Assembly: GCA_965178125.1 (NCBI GenBank)
Contig: OZ237741.1
Span: 558,001 to 622,000, forward strand
Reading direction: 5' to 3'
Origin: Bilabrum cf. latius
Lineage: Eukaryota
Length of the DNA stretch: 64,000 nucleotides
The notes under the pieces: model-generated
Database searches by the model: none
Told to the model about the DNA's origin: nothing
What the model saw: the letters and a program-made list of their open reading frames with translations, nothing else
Made by a program: the position numbers and the translations under genes
In this document: positions 10,953 through 20,433 of the stretch, piece by piece
Layout of the letters: every line of letters starts with the position of its first letter
Numbering within the stretch: the stretch's first letter is position 1

Positions 10953-11417
10953 ATACGATGGCTATATCCACAAATTGCGTATATATTATAGTGTTTTCTA
11001 GCAAAACGTGGATGTAGGGCCTCTTGTGAAGGTGAAATGTGATCCTAACGCCGGATGGGGTTCGGTGTTGATGCCAGAGTGGGAGCGCGTGAACGTCTCG
11101 TTGGGTTCCGATGGCGGTTGCGACCGGGAAGGTGCGACCAAGCCAACGGATTGCTTGCGATGACGCGCATACCCTCTCTGTGTTCAGGAGAGGGGCGGAG
11201 ATTGGGTAATTTTTGCCCACCCTCCCAACCCCCTCCTCCTCGGCGGAGTAGTGCACGTGCTCTTCCCAGCCCCGGTCAGTCCGGTCAAGGGTCGCGCACA
11301 GGCACAGCTTTGTCAGGTCTTGCCATGTCTGATTGTTAACGAGACTAGGTTGCGCGTACACTCTGGCATCAAAGATATAAGCCCTTTTATTTAGAAAAGT
11401 TCCATCGTTTTAGAAGG
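10953..11417 (+). repeat. Dyad module copy B, with ~360-bp GC-rich insert in the variable slot
   Basis: Arms at 10953-11034; 3' box AAAAGTTCCATC at 11395-11406. Confidence 0.85.
11046..11388 (+). ncRNA. Putative structured non-coding RNA, unidentified family
   Basis: GC-rich island in AT-rich virus; 14-bp perfect closing stem 11068-11081/11359-11372; nested stems with G-U pairs on the + strand; ends at TTTT. Confidence 0.55.
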
Positions 11418-11551
11418 GCAATTTTTCATCCATCTAAATTCAATCAAACTTTTAAATATATTGGTAAAAGTGAAGGGTAAAAATCAAGATGAAATATTAG
11501 ATAAGGTTTATTAATAAATATTTATTTGTATAGCTTTAATATATAAATAAA

Positions 11552-12505
11552 ATGAGTTATAGCGATGAATTTGTAAGATTGAATTTAGTTAGTTCATCTG
11601 TCCCCCACAATTAGACGAGATAGGCGGTAGTGAATGAAACCCGTGAAGGCTTAATATTAAAACAAAGTGAAAATTATTTAACGGCTGTTGAAGAGATGGA
11701 TTTAAATAAATTTATGCTACCGGTGTTTAAACCTGAATATTAGGATGACAGCGGTAAAACCTATTTAAAATTTACTCTTGAGAATAAAACATCAGGAGCC
11801 AGAGCAGGCGATTATATAGTTCTAGGTAAAAAAGCTAAATTTTATTATTCATATTAGGATATTGTAAATGAATTTAATGAAGAGTTAAGCCGAATTTGTG
11901 ATTTGGTAAGCCTTCCAAGTGGTGATAAACCAGTCTTTAAATTTGAAAATAATAAATGGAGTTTATCAACAACTGAAGATTTTAGAGATAATTATTATTT
12001 ATTTGTTAATTTTGAAGCTTTTGCTTTATTTGATAAATTTGAATATGAAGGAATAACAACCACACCGAGTGATTTATTTGCTAAACTTTCATATAATAAT
12101 TCCCCTGCTAGTGGTGATTATGTTTTTATGGCTAGATAGACGAATTTAAATTCTTGGTGCCCTGTTAAATCTATTATCGTAGAAAGTGATATTCCAGTGA
12201 ATAAAGAATTGGTGACCACAAAATCATCTACTGGTGGCTCTATAGCCGTCAATAAATCCCCTATATTAACCAGCTACCCGTATAATCCTAATGACAGCTC
12301 ACCAATAGAAAATATATTATATGTTTCTAATCCTTACCGCTGGTATTCAATGATGAAGGATAGAAGCTTTAAGAGCGTGTCAATGGCGTTCTACTGGGTT
12401 GATAAACAAAATGAAAAGTATCCCGTAATGAATTTTAACGGGGGTGAAGCTCACATTAAACAAGTATTTAAAAAACAAACCGATAATTTAAGTTTAGATT
12501 TTTAA
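11552..12505 (+). CDS. Virophage minor capsid protein (penton), 317 aa
   Basis: NETRxxLI...Y, LPVF, WCPVKSIIVES..PV, YWVDK..YP...IK..FKK pattern of virophage pentons; lies between protease and MCP. Confidence 0.85.
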
Positions 12506-12576
12506 ATAAATTATAGAAGATTATAAAATATGTTTAGATATTAAAAAATTTATATCTATAGTGTATATATAAAAAA

Positions 12577-14466
12577 ATGGCTCAACAAATGGTTCAGAAT
12601 TTACCAGTAAGCATTAAGGCTCCTAAAAGCCTTCAAATGATAACCCCTGAAGATGCTAGTTTAGGAACAGAACTAGGTGTTCAAAAATATACCCGCCGAG
12701 AAATTAGACCATCATCTAATCAATCTAATTCTCTTCTTCCCCTTTCTTTCCCCGTTAATCCTACTAGTAAAACCGTATCAAGGTTTATTCGTCTTCGTCA
12801 TCGTATGACAGTTAGGCTACAACTAGAGCAAGCAGTGCCAGCTCAAACTGCGGGAGGTGATGCTATTACCGCTCAATCTTATCTTAAATCTAGGTTTGGA
12901 ACTAATTCATTACCTACCTTTAAAATGCTTCAAGGTGGTGTTTTAACAATTAATGGATAGCCTTTTACAGTAAAAGTTTATGAATGGGCTGAACCTACTG
13001 AAGTTATGAACAGTGAAGAAACCTTATCCACAATCTCACCCGTTGGACGCCCTGACACTGTTGGTGATTATCGTGAAGTAAGTGATACCCTTAAAAATCC
13101 TTTAGCTTGGGGTTAGGATGTTGGATATAGTGCCGGTGATAGCTTTAGTTATCGTGGAGCATATGGGAATGCTTTTACGACTGTAAGTGCTGATTTCGTT
13201 GCGGGTAATAGAGACCAAATTGATTGGACTATTGATTTTCAAGAAGCTATACCACTAAAAGGAGCAGATGTTGATGTGAATGCTAAATATTTCACCGGTG
13301 TGAGAAGCCTTCAGGTTGATTTAGATTATCACGTAAATGCCATTCAAAGACTGTGTAAGGCTAGTTTTACAAAAGATAACGGAGATATTAACAAAATAAC
13401 GGGTTAGTCAATTATAGGAGAAACAAATACGACCCTTCTTGTTGATGAAGTTGAATTTTAGAGTGGATACGCCCCCCCGACTCGTTGTATGTATAATATG
13501 CCTACAATTAAATTTTAGTCTTAGGCGCCTGTCCCTGTACCTAAATCCGCAACTGAAAATTCTTTAACTTCTTTTGATTATCAATTATCCCGTGAGAATG
13601 GTATCCCTAGTGCTATTATGGTATGTGCCCGCCTTGTTGGTTGTGATGATAACCCTAACTGGGCTAATAGAACTTTACCAATTAGAAGAATAGGTTTCTC
13701 ACTCAATGGAAGCGCTGAGGAATTAGGGGCTGTAGATAATCCACACGAATTATATAGAATTAGTAGAAAGAACGGATATGCTCTTCCTCCTTCATCCTTT
13801 TATGGTTCATCAATTGATGGAAGTGATGGAAACCGCGGTACTGGTTGCTATATGATTTTAAAACCTTCAGATGTTGCTACACTTGCTGGTGTTCAATCTA
13901 ATGTAAATACTGGATTTAATCTTAAAGTTAATCTTTAGTGCTTCAACCCTTATAATAAATATGCGGATGGTGCGTATGAGGATAAATACGAGGTAAAAGT
14001 ATGGATGTTTTATGATAATGTTCTTGTGAATGATAACGGTGTCTATACTGAGGCTGGCGCCCTTATTGAGCCTTCTAAAGTGCTTTCTGAACTTGCTAAA
14101 CGTGGTGATGCTGAAAGTGGTTCTAAAGGTTTCTAGCCTGTATTTGAGGATTTAGATAATTATGCTAATGTTATGGGTGGAAAAGGTCGTTTCTGGTCTA
14201 AGATTGGACGAGCCTTTAAACACGGATGGAACAAGGTTAAAGATTGGGCAAAAAGTGATTAGGCTAAAAACCTAGCGAAAACCATTAGGAATATAGGACC
14301 ACTCAAAAGTCTAACAGGAGACAATAGTGCTCTTGGCAAAGCGGCGGCACATTATGGATATGGAAATAGTGGAGGAGAATTGAATAAACTTGGTGGAAAA
14401 CTTACGATGCGTGGAGGTGCGGCAATGAAAACAGACGATCTTGAGGCCCTTTTAAGCACATCTTAA
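12577..14466 (+). CDS. Virophage major capsid protein (double jelly-roll), 629 aa
   Basis: Single frame broken only by TAG; NPL, RGAY, QL...IP, LPI, LYRISRKNG motifs; GG-rich C-terminal tail; size typical of virophage MCPs. Confidence 0.9.
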
Positions 14467-14468
14467 AC

Positions 14469-14485
14469 GTTTAAAATGACTTAAA
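14469..14485 (+). promoter_or_regulatory. Promoter-like motif
   Basis: GTTTAAAATGACTTAAA, 28 nt before ATG 14514. Confidence 0.75.
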
Positions 14486-14513
14486 TATATATTAACTAAC
14501 TAATATATATCAA

Positions 14514-14804
14514 ATGGAAAAGTTAAATAAAATTATTGAGAATCTACCGCCTACACACGATGTCTATATCCAGACAGAAATTGATGGAGTTTTGACCGTA
14601 ATTTTTACAAACAGTGATTAGGTAAAAGAAATCACCAATCAATTAAAAAAAGACAGTAGAGAGAAGCTATTATATCTCAAATATTCAACCTATAAATGTA
14701 TTATTTAGACGAGGAATAAGTATAGAGATGATGACATTGTACTTCATTATTTGGCTGTTTGTCTATTAGAAAAGAAACCCATTCAATTATATAAGGCAAG
14801 ATAA
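14514..14804 (+). CDS. Hypothetical protein (96 aa)
   Basis: Preceded by the conserved promoter motif at 14469; two TAG; ends TAA. Confidence 0.65.
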
Positions 14805-14855
14805 TCATTTTATTATTTATTTATACATATTAAATAAATATATGACCTGTGAATG

Positions 14856-14968
14856 ATACTTTCCAAAGTAGGTTCATACTTTCCGAAGTTGGTTCACACT
14901 TTTCAAAGTAGGTTCATACTTTCCGAAGTTGGTTCATACTTTTCAAAGTAGGTTCATACTTTCCAAAG
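14856..14968. repeat. Tandem array of a 20-bp unit (ATACTTTCCAAAGTAGGTTC), about 5.5 copies
   Basis: Directly visible; alternating CAAAGTA/CGAAGTT variants; no spacers. Confidence 0.92.
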
Positions 14969-15074
14969 AACTATTTAACCGGTCTAATTAATTAATATTT
15001 TAATAATATTAATTAATATAATCATCTATATCAATAGTGTCTATTTTTTAAGCCCCTTTTTTATAATATAACGC

Positions 15075-15091
15075 GTTTAAAATGACTTAAA
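15075..15091 (+). promoter_or_regulatory. Promoter-like motif
   Basis: GTTTAAAATGACTTAAA, 29 nt before ATG 15121. Confidence 0.75.
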
Positions 15092-15120
15092 GATTATATT
15101 ATATAGATATTATATAGAGA

Positions 15121-15672
15121 ATGTGTAAAAAGTGTATTGAACAAATATAGGAACATACCGGTAATATAAAATGGATGGACATTTAGAAGAAATTAATTCA
15201 TATTGGCTCAACCGTTATTCAAGGTGATAAATTGGGTAATTGTATTTGTGGGCACGAGATACGAACCGAGCACGAAATAGAGCATACCCCTAGTGGATAT
15301 GTTTTTAAAGTGGGTTCTAGTTGTATAAAGTAGATGATAAAGGATAAAGAAAATCAAATTCGTAAAAAATGTTTATATAAGTGGTGTGGAATATGTAAAA
15401 AGGATGTCGCAAGAGACCGATATAATAAGCACTGTGAAGGAATAAGACATATTGAGTTAGAAAAGAAATAGAAAAAGTTAGAGGAAAAAAAGAGGAATGA
15501 AAAAAGATGTGATGTGTGTCTTTGTAAAATGCTTAGAAGTGATTGGAGGACAACCTGTAAGTCTTGTTATACGATTACAAAATATGGTAAAAAGGCGTGT
15601 AAAAAATGCGGAGTGTCTAGAATTAAAGATATGAAATATTCAATTTGTTATAAATGTCATATTGGTAAATAA
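15121..15672 (+). CDS. Cys-rich multi-zinc-finger protein (183 aa)
   Basis: CICGH...VGSSCI, CGIC...HCEGIRH and several CxxC pairs; missed by the ORF track because of TAG. Confidence 0.78.
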
Positions 15673-15743
15673 TAATTAGATATTAATGATAAAATTAATA
15701 TTTAACATATTGATGATGGGAGTTAGAAGGGGCTATATTACAA

Positions 15744-15874
15744 CCTTCTAAAGTGATGGAACTTTTGGGCTAGAAATACGATATCAATCAAATCATCTTC
15801 ATAAAACTAATCCATCCACGTTTTGCTAAATAATACATATACTAATACGCAATTTGTGGATATAGCCATCGTAT
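15744..15874 (-). repeat. Dyad module copy C
   Basis: Same arms and 3' box in reverse orientation; similarity to copy B extends to about 15946. Confidence 0.85.
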
Positions 15875-15994
15875 GGATTTTATTATAGAGATAACCATAT
15901 ATATTTTAATATTCTAGCCTTTTTATTAGATGGTCAAGGTGTTCAATTATTAATAAAGATATCATATTTAATATTAGTATAAATATTAAATTAT

Positions 15995-16540
15995 TTAGAA
16001 ATCTTTTAATGCCTCGTTTAGTTGGTCTCTAAAGGTTTCTTCATCATCATCTTCATCATCTGGTTTATCAACATTTCTATTATTATCACGTTTTTGTTTC
16101 TTCTTATTCCTCTTCTTAGTCTTTTTCTTGGGTCTTATTGGTTCTTCTTCTTCTTCTGGTTCCTCTACTTCCTCGGGTATAAATTGACCGTATGACAAAT
16201 TAATATATTTGATGGGTTTGTCCTTCTTTTTAATTGTCATTATGGGGTCTTTACTCTCAAAATTTCCTGTATAATAAATCGGGGGCTCACTAGAAAACAT
16301 ATAAATGTATGGAACAAATGGATTTTTGGCACTGTCGGTTTTCATATCAGGGGTTAGATACAAACCATTTAATTCGTCTTCATCCACTAGTTCAAATTTA
16401 TCTTCTACGGTATTATTAAAAAATATCCCTTTAAAAGTTTTAAAGAAGAATTGATTAATATATTTCTTGGCTTTCTTTACGGCTCCCTCTTCTAAAAGTT
16501 CCATTAATTCGCTTGGTTCATAACTCTCAAATTTTGACAT
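15995..16540 (-). CDS. Hypothetical protein with acidic/basic C-terminal tail (181 aa)
   Basis: Intact ORF preceded by the promoter motif at 16569-16585. Confidence 0.75.
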   Translation of the reverse strand: MSKFESYEPSELMELLEEGAVKKAKKYINQFFFKTFKGIFFNNTVEDKFELVDEDELNGLYLTPDMKTDSAKNPFVPYIYMFSSEPPIYYTGNFESKDPIMTIKKKDKPIKYINLSYGQFIPEEVEEPEEEEEPIRPKKKTKKRNKKKQKRDNNRNVDKPDDEDDDEETFRDQLNEALKDF

Positions 16541-16568
16541 TCTATATATATTATAATAAAATAAAATC

Positions 16569-16585
16569 TTTAAGTCATTTTAAAC
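16569..16585 (-). promoter_or_regulatory. Promoter-like motif
   Basis: GTTTAAAATGACTTAAA, 28 nt before ATG 16540. Confidence 0.75.
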
Positions 16586-16632
16586 GCGTGTATTTGGCTT
16601 AAAAATAAAATATCTATAGTATATATATAAAA

Positions 16633-16977
16633 ATGGTTAAATTAAGTGATATTCAAATTGTTAGAACTCAACTTGTTAAAAACAATAAGCCCGTATATAA
16701 TTTCGTGTTCCCTCCTCGTGAAAATGATAATGGATATAATGATTTAGAAATGAAGACTTTATTAAAAAAATATATCTAGAGGTTATTAAAACAAAAGCCC
16801 CATTTAAAAAATTATGATGCGTATGTTAGTTCTCTCTACCCCATAGGCTGGCGAACTGGTTCACCATTTAAATTAAAGGATGATGTAATGTTATTCAGTC
16901 CTTCTTCTCGCTATACCTTCTTAAGTGATGAGCAAGTGAAGAGATTTATATTAATCCTCACTGCTCCGAAACAATAA
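16633..16977 (+). CDS. Hypothetical protein (114 aa)
   Basis: TATATA leader, one TAG, ends TAA; GWRTG motif; directly upstream of PolB. Confidence 0.65.
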
Positions 16978-17009
16978 TTACATTTTATAATTTAAACTTT
17001 ATAATATGT

Positions 17010-17026
17010 GTTTAAAATGGCTTAAA
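17010..17026 (+). promoter_or_regulatory. Promoter-like motif (PolB)
   Basis: GTTTAAAATGGCTTAAA, 29 nt before ATG 17056. Confidence 0.75.
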
Positions 17027-17055
17027 AATATATTAAATATAATATACTATAGGAA

Positions 17056-18555
17056 ATGATAAATTACGAAAATGTGTTAAATCAATTAAATATATGCTTT
17101 GGTAAAAAGTATGATAACCCCATTCAATCCGTAAAGTATCTAGAAAAGGTATTTAACGGTAAGCCCATAACTACAAAGAACCTTTATAAACTTGTTTCAG
17201 GTTTAAAAATGGATATAGAGATTAGAGAGAAAGACGATATAAAGGTCTATTATCTAAGTAGGAAAAAAGAGAGTTTTAAAAGGGTTTGTTTAGAATATAA
17301 AGATGGTTCATTTAAAGCCGTCTAGAGGATGAAACCTTTATTTGTGCGGTGCCATAAATCTATGGTTGTTAAATTAACCGATAAAGCCGAAATAATTGAA
17401 AAAGATAAATATAGAGTTGAGAGCCTGACCGATTATCATTCAAAGAAATATTATCTTCATTATACCATTCACGAATGCCCAGAGGATGAAGATATCAAAG
17501 AATGGAGCTTAAGGCTGAGTATAGCAAGTGATGAATTACACGACGAGAACCCATCATTAGATGTAATGAAATATGGAATCAGACAAACAGCCCTTCATTT
17601 CTTTACAATGTTTAATATGATGATAGATAGCCCACCAGATATAACCCCAGAGGAAGCGGTATTTATTGAAGGTTCAACGCGTGGCGGGATTCAATATCAC
17701 AAGAAGGGACAATATGAGGAGTTTATCACCTACGATATAAATAGTCATTACCCCGCCATTATGTCATCAAGTTCATTATTTCCATACGGAAACCCCATAT
17801 ATAAACGAGTTGAAAATAATTAGATAATTAAAAATAATGAAATAGGGATTTATAAATGTAAGGTGAGCCAAGGGAAATGCGACCCGAATATCTTTCAAAT
17901 GATGAAGGTATTTGAAAATGAATTTACTTATTATGTCTTTACTGATATTAATATGTTTGTTAAATATGGGTGTGAGATAGAGATGTCAAGCGACGAATTT
18001 AATTTTATGACCTATGATAAATATATCAAAGGTGAAACACTTTTTAAATCCTATGTCTCAATGTTCTACAAATTAAAAAGCAAATCATATCTAGCAAAAG
18101 AAATATTAAATTCATTATGGGGTAAATTATGTAGTTCCTCTAAAAAGACAATTACATCAAAAGATGATAAAAAAATAAATATAGATAAATTTGATATTGA
18201 CCGTGTAGAAATGGATAATGACGGAGAATTTATTTATCATTTGAAACATAAAGTACCCTTTAAATATAGCTGGGGAAAATTGAAACCTTTTATTCTGGCA
18301 TATGGAAGACAACGATTGATGAAGAAAGTGAATAAGAACAACGCTAAACATATTATACGAATTCACACCGACAGTATCACATTTAACAAAAGATTAAATT
18401 TTAAAGTAGGTAAAGAATTAGGTGAATATAAAGAAGAATAGATAAATGAAGAAGGATAGAAATTAATTATCCACGGATAGAATGATTTAATGGTCGTAAA
18501 TGAAAAAGAAGAAATTATATCAAGGAAAGGAAAAAAAGGCGGTTTAATGCTTTGA
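17056..18555 (+). CDS. Compact family B DNA polymerase, probably protein-primed type (499 aa)
   Basis: TRGG, YDINSHYP (motif A), KEILNSLWGKL (motif B), IHTDS (motif C); three track ORFs joined by TAG; ends TGA. Confidence 0.88.
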
Positions 18556-18582
18556 ATTAAATATTTATTAATTATATAATAT

Positions 18583-18741
18583 ATGATTAATATTATTAGT
18601 AATATCTTTGTTTAGTATGCTATTAAGAAGGCATTAAAGAAGGTAAAAAATAAATTGATGAAGAATCCAAATAATAAAAGACTCTATGAAGAATATAGAA
18701 AGAAAACGGCTCACGCTATTAAAAAATTATCATTTTATTAA
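18583..18741 (+). CDS. Small basic hypothetical protein (52 aa)
   Basis: ATG after AT-rich leader, one TAG, ends TAA; fills the gap between two genes. Confidence 0.45.
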
Positions 18742-18749
18742 TTATATAG

Positions 18750-19457
18750 ATGAATGATAATATACCTAGTTATATTAATAGTCCTAAATTATGGCGTCAG
18801 GCAGTTGAGAAAGTAAATAGAACGTATAAAAAGCCTTCAGCTTATCGTTCATTAGCATACTTTAAATCATATAAAAAACTAGGGGGGACATATGATAAAA
18901 TTAAATTAAATGAAGCATAGAAAAATTTAAGAAGGTGGAAATTAGAGGATTGGAAGAATTAGAAGGGAGAAAAGGGATATTAGGAAAAAGGAGATATATA
19001 TAGACCCACTAAAAGAATAAATAAAGAGACCCCTTTAACCTTTGGAGAATTAGACACGGAAGAAATAGAGGAAGCAATGAAGGAAAAATTTAATAACGGA
19101 CACGTGAAATCATTTAGACCTAAACCAGTTTTTAATTTATATAAATCAACTAAATCAAATAAAAAATATATGATTAAAGTAGTTCAAGGTAATAATATTC
19201 TGTTTACTGTTCATTTTGGTGGAATTAAGAATGATGGTACCCCTTATATGGACTTTATACAATATTATAATAAAGATGGAGAGAAGGAAGCAAACCGTAA
19301 AAAGAAAAATTATATTAAAAGACATTCAATAAATGAAGACTTTAAAGACTATAAATCCCCCGCTTTTTGGTCTAGGTTTGTATTATGGAATGAACCAACA
19401 TTAAAAGATAGCTTTATGGACGCCGTAGATAGAGCTAAAAAATTAATGAAAGTTTAA
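18750..19457 (+). CDS. Two-domain protein with C-terminal Tlr 6F-like domain (235 aa)
   Basis: N-terminal PSAYRS..YKKLGGTY, WKLEDW, YRPTKRI..TPLT; C-terminal KKYM..VHFG..YMDF..YIKRH..FWSRFVLW, as seen in virophages, PLVs and NCLDVs. Confidence 0.72.
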
Positions 19458-19510
19458 TATTATAGGTTTGATATAAGTTTTAGTTTTTCTCTTATTTATA
19501 TATACAAAAA

Positions 19511-20032
19511 ATGAGCTTAGCAAGATTATCGCAACCTAATGATATATCTATTCAATGTAAGAATGTCGCAACTGGTAGATTAGATAGTAGTGGTCTATAT
19601 GTAAATGCTGTTGTGAATAGTAGTGATGTAGTTGTTAGCAACGCAGGATTACATCTTGACAGTAAGGGTATCTCTTACATCACTTCGGGTGAAGCTTTAC
19701 GATTCGGTGCCAATACCGCATCTGCTGGTTTAGTTATGAGTTTTGATGAAGATGGTCACGAATGTGATTTAACCGTAAAAGGTGAAGTAGTAGCAAATAA
19801 CACCGTAGCACATAAAGGAAGGGTAAATTGGAGTGGTGGAGGTGCTACTGAATTTGCTAGTGTTCCGGGTATGACTTCTAGTGATTTGGTTTTTATTACT
19901 ACAATCACCCCCGCCAGTGAGCCGGTTGAATTTTCCCACGTAGTAGCAGGAACCGATGGATTTACGATTCATTTAACGGGTGGTAATTCCTCTAATGATT
20001 GGTCCGCTAATTGGATGGTTATTAAAGGTTGA
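19511..20032 (+). CDS. G/S/V-rich beta-strand protein, possible fibre or spike (173 aa)
   Basis: Intact ORF; composition and C-terminal ANWMVIKG resemble fibre-type proteins; function is inference. Confidence 0.6.
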   Translation: MSLARLSQPNDISIQCKNVATGRLDSSGLYVNAVVNSSDVVVSNAGLHLDSKGISYITSGEALRFGANTASAGLVMSFDEDGHECDLTVKGEVVANNTVAHKGRVNWSGGGATEFASVPGMTSSDLVFITTITPASEPVEFSHVVAGTDGFTIHLTGGNSSNDWSANWMVIKG

Positions 20033-20072
20033 AAAATCTTTTTATTTATAAAAAATAAATAAATAGATAAAT

Positions 20073-20375
20073 TTAAATTGATATCTCCGGTGGTTTAATC
20101 CCGCTATTAAGCAGGGTTTGATTAAGTTTTTTGATATATTCCTCTAGTATATCCTTTTTTGGTTCTTTGAGATTTTTTTGGTGTTTCTTCGTTCGTTCGT
20201 GTCTCGTTCTGTCCTTCCTTCTATAATAACAATCACACACATCGCATTTAACTTTTTCATTTCCTCTAGCTAAATATTTTTTATTCCATTTGTCTTTGTT
20301 TGTTTTGTAATATTCCTACATATAATTAATTTTTGGTTGTTCCTCTGTATTGCTTGAACTCTAAATATCGCTCAT
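20073..20375 (-). CDS. Small C2H2-type zinc-finger protein (100 aa)
   Basis: KCDVCDCYYRRKDRTRHERTKKH; promoter motif 27 nt upstream; two TAG. Confidence 0.75.
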
Positions 20376-20402
20376 CACTATATATTATATAAATATATAA
20401 TG

Positions 20403-20419
20403 TTTAAGTTATTTTAAAC
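20403..20419 (-). promoter_or_regulatory. Promoter-like motif
   Basis: GTTTAAAATAACTTAAA, 27 nt before ATG 20375. Confidence 0.72.
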
Positions 20420-20433
20420 ACATAAAAAAGGTA

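Noticed and set aside
10939-11361. Track ORFs 10939-11361(-) and 11055-11339(+)
   Set aside because: By-products of the GC-rich insert; composition unlike viral genes, no AT-rich leader, no motifs
11336-11384. Group I intron (GAGACTA and AAGATATA resemble R and S elements)
   Set aside because: No TAGTC to form P7, GAGAC is already paired in the long stem, and no gene is interrupted
11035-11394. Insert as tRNA, SRP RNA, RNase P RNA or hammerhead ribozyme
   Set aside because: No cloverleaf or CUA anticodon arm, no SRP helix-8 motif, no convincing P4 helix, and no CUGAnGA/GAAA core on either strand by eye
14856-14968. CRISPR array
   Set aside because: Units are contiguous with no unique spacers, and there are no cas genes
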